64,000 nt of DNA, taken from the NCBI GenBank assembly GCA_904063045.1, contig CAJFCJ010000033.1, positions 124,001 through 188,000 on the forward strand. The letters are read 5' to 3'. Positions 42,101 to 52,650 of this stretch are shown here, in pieces. Position 1 is the stretch's first letter; every line of letters begins with the position of its first letter. The translations under genes were made by a program, and so were the position numbers. This DNA is from Dimorphilus gyrociliatus. Lineage: Eukaryota > Animalia > Annelida. The notes under the pieces are model-generated. The model ran no database searches, was not told the DNA's origin, and was given only the letters and a program-made list of their open reading frames with translations.

Positions 42101-45100
42101 CTTTTTTTTAAAAAGTCACAGGCGGACACTCAAAGTCAATATAGCGTATCAGGGGTATCAAGAGATTCGAAGTATGGCACAATTAGTAAAAAAATGAATA
42201 AGTAAGTAAACCATTTAAAAAACGAATTAATCATTTTATAAATAAATTTATAAATTCTCCCTCCTCTCCCTCGATTAAAACTCTTTCATTTCCTTTTCTC
42301 ACTTATTCTTTTGTTTATCATTTTCTTTCTTTCTTGTTTTATTTTCTCTTTAATATGTTTGCTTTATAAAAAATTGTTTCTCTTTAATTACAATATAGAG
42401 CGAACTTGAAAGGTGGCGACGCCTATTTGTTTGGTGCTGTTCCTGATACATCGCATGAAATCAATCATAGAATAGTGGTATGTTTGAAGTAATACATACG
42501 TATATGTATATGTATATATAATATCTATATATGGAGTATTTATTGCACAAATTTTGCCTTATAATTAAATATTTTATCAATACTATAGCATTCAATAGAA
42601 GGCCCTATGTGGGAAGAACCTGCAAATCAATATACGTGTATTATATCATCACCAACAAAAGAGAGTAAAATGAAGGGGCTAAAACATTTTATCGCCTATA
42701 AATTAACACCATCTGCAAATGTACGTATTATCTTTATAAATTAATTGAAATAATTGAATGGTTTTTTTTTTCTTTTTTCTTTTAACTATAACAAAAAAAT
42801 ATTTTTTTCTCTTTTTTTTTCTATTTTCTCTATTTTGTTTTTCTTTTTTTTTTTATTTTCAAATATCCAAAAACAATAACAAAAACAAATTTATAGACAG
42901 GAGAGGTAAATATTCATTAAACTTTTTTTTTTTTGGAAAATTCTAACTTAAAAAAGCAAAAAAACACAAAACACGAAAGAAAATTAATGAATAAACGAAG
43001 AATATAAGAAACATTTCTTTCCTTTCGAATTATTTTGATCTTTATCTATTTATCCATCTATTATTATTGTTATAATTTACTATTTTAAATTAATCAACAC
43101 TCTATTAGCTTACAATTTCATTGATTTAATTAAATCGACAACAATAAGAAATTATATCCTACGCTTTTATTAATTACTCTTCTGATAATTGTTGCTCTGT
43201 TTTTTTTTTGTTTTTTCTTTAATTACTCTCTTCTCACTCTTGTTCACTTTTTATGATTTAGAATTGGATGATAAAAGTTTAATTTTCTTTCTTTCATAAT
43301 GTTTTTAGTTTAGTGGAATTCAAGTTTCAAGACGTTTTAAACAGTTCGATTGGCTACATCAACGCCTAATCGAAAAGTTTCCAACTTGTCTTGTTCCTCC
43401 ATTACCCGATAAACAGATATCAGGTATATTTCAAATGATTATATTATATAATGTACAATTTAACAAAGATTTAAGTGCATCGACCATCAATACAATTACA
43501 CTCCGTTAGAGTGCGCCCTAATGCATAATTTTCTTTTTTTAAGGACGTTATGAAGATGATTTTATCAATGAACGAATGCGTCAATTACAATTATGGGTGA
43601 ATAGGTTGTGTTTACATCCAGTCATATCGCAATGCAAAGTTTGGCATCATTTCTTAAAATGTACGGATCTAAAAGTATGGAAGACGGGAAAGAGATCAGC
43701 TGAAAAAGACGACTTTCAAAATGTAAATTTCTTTCATACTGTGGGTGTACCTTCTCAGCCTCTCACGGTAGAACAAGTGTATGTTTTTCATTATTTAACA
43801 TCCTTAAATATAGCCCTTAATGCCCTACAATTTTTAACTTTTTGGCAGAGATCCAACATTAAATAACTTCACTATGTTTGTTAAGACAATGGATGATAGC
43901 CTAAAACATCTGATAAACGTTGGTGAAAGTAGTATGAAAAGATATCAAAATTGTAAGGGTCTTTTTATAATATGGTACTTTAAGCTTTTCTATTATTTAT
44001 TTGTTTTAATTAATTAGCGTTTAGAAAGGACTTTGTAAAAATTGGCGAATCTTTGGTAGCTCTATCAAGATCGTTCGATCACGATATGAGACCAGGTAAG
44101 TTTTATTGTTTTGTTTCCTTTTTTGTACGAAATTAATTTCTCTTTTATTTAATTTTCTATTTAAAAAAAAAATATAAAAGCGTCGAGAGAATTGTCCAAC
44201 GCAATAGATAAGACAGGAAAAACATACGAAGACATTGGAGGTCTTTTCGGCGAGCAGGTTTTTGCTTCTTTCTCTCTCTCTCTCTCTCTCTCTCATGGTT
44301 TCTGTTAATTTAATTAAATTCATTTTCGTTGTGTTTTAGCCGAGAAATGATATGGTGCCACTTTTAGAAGGTTTATTAGAATACAAAGGAATGTTATCCG
44401 TTTTCCCCGATATATTGCGAGTAGAGGAGGTATTAAAATATCTTTTTCTTTTTTTTCAGTATATTTAACCAATACTTCAAACAGCGGGTGCAATGGAGGA
44501 AATTTTTTTAAACATTAAACAAATCTAAGGACACTCTATCGGTACCCTTGTATCCGCTGACTAGTAGAAAAGCACATAAAATATATACGTATACATACTT
44601 ATATATACTGTATATAAAATTTATATACAGTATAATGTATATATACAATATTTAAATTAATATGTATATATTTAAATAATTTAACATAATGTTTTATCAT
44701 TTTCTTTTTATTTTTATCCAATAGGGATATAGAGTTTTATATGTTAGCTTTTAATTTTTAAAATTTCTCTTTTTAAGTGGTAATTTAGACGCAATAATTC
44801 ACCGGAAGTAGAAAAAAAAATAAAAAAACAAACAAATATCAACATATGTTCTAGTAGTTATTTTTATTATTATCATTATTAATTCATGTCCAAAAATTTA
44901 TTAATACTGCAATATGCATTCTATTATTTATTATAGTAATGACGTTGCTCTATTTCCTGTTTATTTTCTATTTCTTTTTAACTCTTTTATCATTAGTTTG
45001 AAACTTTATTAAAGTTTTGTTTTTTTTTAATTATAAATAGTAATTTATCAAAAAGATTAGAAACGATAGCAACAACAGTAACAATGAAATAGAGGTCTTG

Positions 45101-46863
45101 TTGAGAAAAAAAAGTAACAAACATATTTATAAATAGGGATAAGGTTTTAATGATCGTCTGTATTATCTCTAGCATGCAAGGGTGACGTTGGCGTGCACGT
45201 TTACCTCGCCAAATCAGCCTTTTTGGCTTCTACAGTTTGAACTATCTCCGTGTAACTCACCAGCTTCTTCCCCGCCACTCTCTCCTCGTCCTTCTTTCGC
45301 CCAGACCCCTTATAATGTATAATAGACGTTGTTATATACATTTATACAGTATATATATACATATTTATGTGTACCGGAAGAGTGTCCAATGTAAACGGAT
45401 AGTGATACTTAGAAAAAGTAGTCTGCACTCGCTGTTTGTTTATTATTTATTACTCATGTGCATCTGGCTATTGGTATGTTTGCGTGGGTCCTTGTCGAAT
45501 AATATCTAGTTTATAAATTGTAAACAAAGGTAGATGAGATAATTTATATGAAATATGCCCAAGACTTAACACAGCTGCCAACCTACCTCAGGGAACAAAA
45601 CCATTAGCCGGTAAAAATGAAACATCTAGTTAAATATTCTATAGAGATCTTATATAACAGTTAGCTTAATTATATTATAATAGAACAAATTGGCCATAGA
45701 TGTTTTCTATTAATTTTTCTCATTCTCCATAAATAGGAACAATAGGTTAATTTTTTTTTTATTTCTAAAGAAACAATTTTTTATTCGGCTGTCTGTCTTA
45801 CTTAAAAAATTAATTAGACAACTAATCAGGTAGAAAATGAGAGCAAACGCTAAACAAAGAGGAACTCAAGTAAAAAGTTGTTTTTGAGCATCTTTCAATA
45901 ACTACTACTCGTTAGAATTTTTTTGCTGTCTAGATCTTTTTTTAAACTGTTTTTTATTCCCAATGGGACGTCCTACAATTTTGGATGTAAGCAGGGAGGG
46001 GGGCTGCGGTGGTGGTGTGAGGAGAGGGTTTTGCAGTTTTTGCTGACTTTGTAGAATTAGAAAAAAAAAGTTTAGACGTTTCCGTAAATCCTAGAAGTCT
46101 AGTTTATGTGTACTAAGTTAGCCTAGGCGAATATGCTTGTATTTATGGAAAGGCATTAATAACAGTCTATTATTTATAACACTAACGGAATGAGAGTGCA
46201 TAGCTATTTTAGAATGTTGCAGTATGTCGGCTGTTTGATTCATTGAGAGTGTTAGTGCGTAATGTTGTTCTTGTTACTCCATTACAAAACAGACATCATT
46301 TTTCACTTCCGAGTTGACGGTCTTATCCTCGGGCAAAGATTAATCATGAAATTGTGCACAAAACGCATGATTCGTTTGTAAGGTGTTACTCTTGACTCTT
46401 GTTGACATACACAATATATTGCATCTGATAAAGTAGTCATATTCACATACAGTATATAAAATGTATACACCTTTTGTATTAATCGATATATTTATCAATA
46501 TGTGTATGTATTTGAACAAAAAAAAAAGAAAAACCCCATGTCGTTTTATTTTTTAAATCGGCCTTTCAGAATTTTTTCGTTAAACAAAATTATGAAAATT
46601 AATAATATTATTTCTTATTCTTTCTTTTTCAGAATTTAAGACAAAAGTTAGAAACTGTTAAAGCAAAAGAAATCGAATTAGAATCGGCAAGGACAAGAGC
46701 GGATGTGATTACCTATGCCACCTTAGCCGAGCTAAATCACTTCCATAGACATCGCGTTGCCGATTTTCGGATTTTAATGCACGGTTTTATCAAGGAGCAG
46801 ATAAGATTTTACGAAGAAATTGTCTGCAGACTGAAAGATCAACTGCCAAACTACGAAACATAA
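39198..46863 (+). CDS. SNX9: Sorting nexin 9/18/33 family (SH3-LC-PX-BAR; SH3PX1 ortholog), about 16 exons
   Basis: MANELK|ARVLYDF..GDGWC..GLAPKSYIE (SH3), DDWDEDEDWDDD acidic motif, PX SRRFKQFDWLHQRLIEKFPTCLVPPLPDKQISGRYEDDFINERMRQLQLWVNRLCLHPVI, WKTGKRSAEKD, and BAR C-terminus ITYATLAELNHFH..FYEEI. Confidence 0.95.
45236..45322 (+). CDS. Candidate alternative exon coding part of the SNX gene: FELSPCNSPASSPPLSPRPSFAQTPYNV-stop
   Basis: Acceptor cctttttggcttctacAG at 45234-35. The phase-0 frame matches the upstream donor at 44430. The segment is GC-rich within an AT-rich intron and is followed by double stop TAATAG. Confidence 0.55.
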   Translation, partial: FELSPCNSPASSPPLSPRPSFAQTPYNV

Positions 46864-48073
46864 TAAATATGGAATGAAAGAAAGCGGAAGAGGAAAACAA
46901 TAAGAATATCTTTACGTTTTAAACTAATCTTGGGGTTTTTCATCTAATTATATTTTTAAAAATTAAAATCGTCCTTTGAAAAGGTTGTTATAATAGAGGG
47001 GCGATGAATATTTATTTTATCCACAAGTAGAAAGGGAGGGGGCGGAGGGGGAGGGAGAGGACAATTCGTCACCTCTTCCTTTCTCTTCAACACTGAAAAA
47101 CATTTCTTTAAATAATACATTCTCTCTAAACTATTTAAAACATAGAAAAGTATATAATATGGTAAATTGTGATTATTAACTTTTAAAATTTTAATTTTTT
47201 TTTTAAAAAAAAATATTTTAAAAGAAAATCATTATCCTCTTTTTGGGTCAAATTACATTAATACTAAATTATTATCATATTTAATGTGACAGCTGCAAAC
47301 ATACGTCAAAAAAAAAAAGAGAGAAAAAAACAGCAATATTTATAAAGTGAAAATTATTATAGAATTATAATTTTATATTCATATATTTGTTTTTAAACAT
47401 TATTTATTTTCCAAAACAAACAAACAAATAAACATAAACAACTTTAAAAAGGTGTTGTGTAATTTTGTTTTAAAAAAATGTCGTATAATATAGTCATTTC
47501 AACTGGTAAACGCAAGATATAATCATCTGGACGATAATAGGCTTAGTCTGTGAATTAAATGTCTATACTTATTACCTTTCTATTGTTTTTTTTTCTCTCC
47601 TTTATGTAAAACTTATCTTATAAAGTATAAATTGTAAGAATTCATCGCCCTAATATATATTTTTCGATCGTATAAGCGTGTATGAGTGCAAATACACTGA
47701 TTTATGTTATAAAAATGGTCAAAAATTCTCTTTTTTCTGAAACTATTTAAAAGGTATTGATTTAAAATGTTATATTTATATTTATATTTAATATACAGCT
47801 TTATTTCATATATATATATAATAAGCGGAAGCCAATATATACTTTTTTATGAATGTGTGACGTTAAAAATTGATGACGTCATAGAATAAAAAAGTCATTT
47901 TTTTACCATTTAAATAGGACTAATTAATTAGATTTTAACGGTTTGAAAAAATTTTGGCAAGCTTTCAGTATAGAATCTATATAAAAATTTGACCGGTTTA
48001 CTACTCAACGAAAAGTATATAAGGCGGCGGCCAATGCGGCAGTAATCAGTTCAGCCTCAGACCGAGAGAAGCC

Positions 48074-49377
48074 ATGTCTAATTCGGGAGTTCTCTTGATC
48101 GGGCTTGCGTCGTTCCTGAACCGAGTGCTGGAAAGTTTTGGTATGAGCCTTCAAAGAATTTCGAAAAAAGCAATTGTCGATGGAAATTCTGGTCGTCTGG
48201 AAGAATGGGACGAAGGTTTCGACGTACTATTGAAATGTTTCCGGCGTATGAAAAAGCAACTGGGTTTCTTAGGTAGCGTATCAATAATTAAGCGTCTCCA
48301 GAAATTACTGGACTCAAAAGTGGAAATTTCGAAATACGTGAAAGAAAACCCATTGGCTATGAGGGTAAGTGTTCTTTTTCTTTACTACACGTGGCTTAAC
48401 ACGTCTAACTCTACACCTGTTTTTGAGTAGTTGTAATTAAACATTCATTGTCTTTTTTCAAGTTCAAGATTGTAAGGCCAATTTTTATAATAGGCCTACC
48501 AAGAAGTGGGACGACTCTACTCCATAGGCTTTTGTCGCAGGACGATAGGCTAAAGGCTCCACTCCAATGGGAAGTATTGTATCCGACTCGAAAAGATAGC
48601 CGGGACACGATAGATATGGTTCAAGATATCCTAAAGTATATAGAGAGGTCGTCGCCGGACTTTAGGAAGAAACACGACCAAGGACCGTACATGGCTGAGG
48701 AGTGTGAGGTACTATTAAATAGATGCGGTATATTCGGTGACTTTCCGGCACAGTTCGACGACACTCGGGAGTATGCCTCTTGGTTCTGCAAACAGAACTT
48801 GGACCAGATGAAAGAGAGATATGAATATTACAAACTACAATTGCAAGTAATGAGCTATAAGCAAAAGTTAAATCCTTGGGCGTTTATATTAAAATCGCGC
48901 ATTCATCTCTTTCATCTGGCCTCGGTTAAAGCGGTATTTCCTGAGGCAATGTTCGTTTGGACTCACCGAAATTTAGACGAGATAGTACCTTCATTCTGTT
49001 CACTAGAACTTTCGGCTTCACGAGTGATGGGGGTAAACAAGCTTTCGAAGAATGAACTGGGTCGAAATAGCTACCAACATCTAGTCAACGCAGCCAACAC
49101 GGCAGCCGACACAAGGGCGAATACAGAGCTGCACTGCGTCGATATAGACTACGAATCGTTGATTGAAGATCCAATCAAGTACATAAAGTTGATCTACAAC
49201 GAATTGGACTTGGACTACAGCGACGACGATTTTGCGAAACATCAGAAGTTCTTGGATGAAAATTCGCAGCATAAGTTTGGTAAGCATGAATATTCTTTAG
49301 AAGAATGGGGATTGGATGAAGAGAGCATCGAAAATGCTTTCGACGGCTATTTGCGAATGCAGAGGAATTACCTCTGA
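48074..49377 (+). CDS. PAPS-dependent sulfotransferase, bacterial-type Sulfotransfer_3-like; 2 exons (intron 48365-48462 or -48468), about 400 aa
   Basis: 5'-PSB loop PIFIIGLPRSGTTLLHRLL, PLQWE, AEECE, ILKSRIHL, 3'-PB region VWTHRNLDEIVPSFCSL, DIDYESLIEDP, GKHEYSLEEWGL. Donor AGG|GTAAGT joins ORF 48074 to ORF 48448..49377 in frame. Confidence 0.9.
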
Positions 49378-51345
49378 CGGAGAGCACGTGCAAAAATTAG
49401 TAATTTTGTTTGTTTGTTTTTCTACTATTACGACTAGTCGTTCGATCCGAGCCATTGCTAAAGAGATTATTTTTAACTATATCTAGAAAATTTAAAACCA
49501 AAAAAATCACTAAATCTCCCAATTAGCACAGTGAAAGAAGTCTATAATTAGACTTGTAACAAAAAAATTTAAATTAGTTTTTAAAAGTTAAAACTTAGAA
49601 CAGAAAAAAAAACAGAAAAAAAATTAATAATTTTCGTTTCTCACCTAACTAATTTTTGTAATGATAAAATGTGATCGTTTCTGTTGCATCGAACCGAATA
49701 TTTTTTTTAATTATTCTTTGAATATTCGACGAAATGTTGGAATTAAATTATATAGCAAAAAAAAACCAAAAAAAATAGCTTTATAATGACTAGGAAAAAA
49801 AAATCATAAACTTTTGTAAGAAACTTAGATTCATACCTTTTTAAAAATTTGAACAATTTCTATGGTCGTCTACTAGCAAAAGGTAATCTTGTTCTTTGCC
49901 TTTACTTTTTGCCGGTTAGTAAATCGACTGTAATTTAAGATAAATCTCGTGCGTTTAAAAGAGTTATTTATTTTTTGTTTCAAATGGAAAGTTATCTTAG
50001 TACTAATACTTAGTGTCGGGAACTATAATTTTCTTGTTGGTCCTCTATACCAATTTAGTTGCAAAAAAAAGAGCTCTTAATTTTTTGTTGTTACTCTTTT
50101 TTCATTCATCGTCTGCTTATTTTTTGATGATGACTGACTACAACGTCAAATATGTTACTTTAAATATTTTTAAAATTTAGAACGTTTCCAAAAAGACATA
50201 ATTATATTATTGAACGTATATTTAATTATGTCTCTGATCAGATCATCCAGTTGTGATATGTTCTTTTCCGATAAACGATTAGTTTGCCCAAACAATATTA
50301 ACTCATGCAAGATGTAAGTTAAATATGCTGTATCGAAAAATATCGAAATGAAATGAATTTATATGTATTTTGATTATTGATTTTTGAATGTACTGAATTG
50401 TATTTGTTTAAATGTATTTTTCTGCGCCGCTTGGAAGCTTAGATCGAACCGACCAATCTGGGTTTTTGGTCATTTATTCCGAGTCGACTTGCTCTCGAAC
50501 GATTGATGTGTATCTCGTTCCGTTTTTCGATATTTTGCTTGACTGCTATATCAGGAGCTAACTGACTTGAAGACGCTGAATGCGTATTTTGCGGGAAGGA
50601 TTTTAAGATTATTGATCTATAATCTAATCTTTCTCCCACTTGTCGATCTACCCCCGTTTTTAAGCGGCCCCTCTGAAATTTTTTTTTTTTGCTATTCGAT
50701 TTTTTTTGTAATGTTTAAATGATTGACTTGATTTCTATTATTTTTTTTCGAATGTATTGCATTTTAAAAACGCTCTGCGTTTAATCCCAAAATAATGTTT
50801 TTGCTTAATTTCCAGTGCAGGTTGTTATATTGAGGTGTGTTGCAGTGCCTCAATATGCATTGGACTTATTAAATCTTGGTAAAAGTTTGCATGTACTTGT
50901 TTAATTATCAAATGTTACGTACGACACTTCCGATAAAACTTTGATAAGTTTTATTATAATGTACTAATTTTTTATTATGTTCAATCTCTAATATTGACTT
51001 AAATTGATGTTTATTTTTCAAGAATTATATGTAAAACGTTTATTTCTAAGCTATAGGTCGTGTTTAGCCGTAGATATAAGAAAAATACCCAAAAAAAGAA
51101 TTATTAAACAACCTACTTGCTCCGTTTTTAAGAAAAATAGATGTAATTTGACTGTGTTTTTGTTTTCTCTCGAATAAAAACTTTGAAAAATGTCGATTAC
51201 CAAAAAAGCAAATGACTCTTTTATTTTTTATTCTTTAATACTCATTTTTTACTTTTAATATTAATTGGCGAGAAACTACTCAAAATCTTACAGACAAGTC
51301 TTTTCCACCTTAACCCTCGAGTTAGTCATTTATCGTTGAAGGAGG

Positions 51346-52537
51346 ATGTCACTTCGTTGTGCTACTGCTGCCGCTGTCGGCCTCTCTATAATATCCTTAT
51401 GCGTAATTGTTCGTGGTGAGTTGAATAACAGATGACGTTTTTCGCTTTCTCTAGCAAGGTTTAGATATCTCTCTCTCTCTCTGTCTTTCTTTATTATTTT
51501 CTCCTCTTATTTTCAATAGCATCAAAAATATCTACACTTAAACAATTCGATAGCACTAGTTCTAACACACATACACACACACGCACACACATTTCCTCTC
51601 TCTCTCTCTTTCTCTGTTTTCAATTCTCCTTCCTCTTCGCCAAACACTTACGTCTCCCTTTCTTATGCACAGGTGCCGAGTACTTTGATATAACTCAGAC
51701 GGTTTTCGATGGTGATACAGATCATAAGATTTGCTATCATTATCATGGAAAATTGGGTCAAAGAATCATGATCGCGAGTGACAAAGAGTTGGGTGAGTAG
51801 GAAAAGTTTAATCATATGTCTGTCTGGTGTTTTGTCGCAGAGAACAAAACAATGACTTGCTATATTTATATATATATAGTGTAGCTTTTAGATATATTAG
51901 TATATTTATAGACACCTTAAAGTATACTTTGCATATATGTTTCGAATAAAATACAGGATTTAAAGTTTATGCCAAATATGGGAGTTCTAAGACAATCAGT
52001 GAAATGCAAATTTGTTATACAAATACCAATATAACAATTACCCCGGACTCCATCGCCAAAAACAACTTGACGAATATTAAATGGCTCGATAGAGAATTAA
52101 AAACCGATATTAATGGCTTTACTTTTACTTTAAATGGTCAAACGATTCATATCAATGTTGAAGGAAAAGGGAGAAGTTTAAAGATGAGAGTTGTGAGAAT
52201 AGCTGAATCGGATTTATCTTATTTAAATTTTTATTTTGACCTATTAAATGGTAAAGAAAGTGTTGACGAGAAAATTGGAGGGCTTCTTGGTTAGTATTTT
52301 TTTTCATTTTAAAAACATTAATTATTCATTCATTCATTCATTCGTTCGTTCTTTCTGTCTTTCACCTTTTTAGGTCTAGTATCGGAGCACAAGTTTAAAT
52401 TTTATCCTCCCGTTCAAATGAAAACTCAGAGAGCAGCCGTCCAAATTGATAACGTGGTCGTAAAGGCGGAGTTTAAGAGAAAACGGGATTATATGTGCTG
52501 GTTTATAGACGTTTTAGACTTTATTAACGAACCATAG
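51346..52537 (+). CDS. Small secreted protein resembling the inter-alpha-trypsin inhibitor heavy-chain C-terminal (ITI_HC_C/VWD-like) domain; 4 exons (51346-51415, 51673-51792, 51957-52289, 52374-52537), 228 aa
   Basis: Four GT-AG exons sum to 687 nt with no internal stop. Signal peptide MSLRCATAAAVGLSIISLCVIVRG. The pattern ICYHYHG..RIMIASD..G..V..ITITPDSI..W..SYLNFYF..IGGLLG is as in ITIH C-terminal domains. Confidence 0.72.
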
Positions 52538-52604
52538 TATCTCAATGAAGCTTGCTAACTTAAAAATAATTTAATATTTTTAAATTCTATTTCTTCGCTT
52601 CGTT

Positions 52605-52650
52605 TGTTCATTTGTTCATTCATTCATTCATTCATTCATTCGTTCGTTCA
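52605..52650. repeat. (TTCA/TTCG)n tetranucleotide repeat in the 3' region of the ITIH-C-like gene
   Basis: ttcatttgttcattcattcattcattcattcattcgttcgttca. Confidence 0.8.

Noticed and set aside
45237-45509. Track ORF of 90 aa in the SNX intron
   Set aside because: It starts at TTG and runs through (TA)n sequence. The frame compatible with the upstream donor starts at 45236 and is reported instead.
36056-49377. Ppd, sulfotransferase and nearby transporters as a biosynthetic gene cluster
   Set aside because: There is no PEP mutase, transaminase or other pathway gene here. A 7.6-kb housekeeping SNX gene separates Ppd from the sulfotransferase, and SLC37A4 and ABCG have ordinary explanations.
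50439-50680. GC-richer island with a 66-80 codon minus-strand frame
   Set aside because: There is no ATG, credible splice context or recognisable motif. It may be a repeat remnant or enhancer but cannot be supported.
51334-51391. Alternative frame VEGGCHFVVLLLP resembling the ITIH GDPHF motif
   Set aside because: It ends in a stop before the donor. The ATG 51346 frame gives a signal peptide in phase with exon 2.
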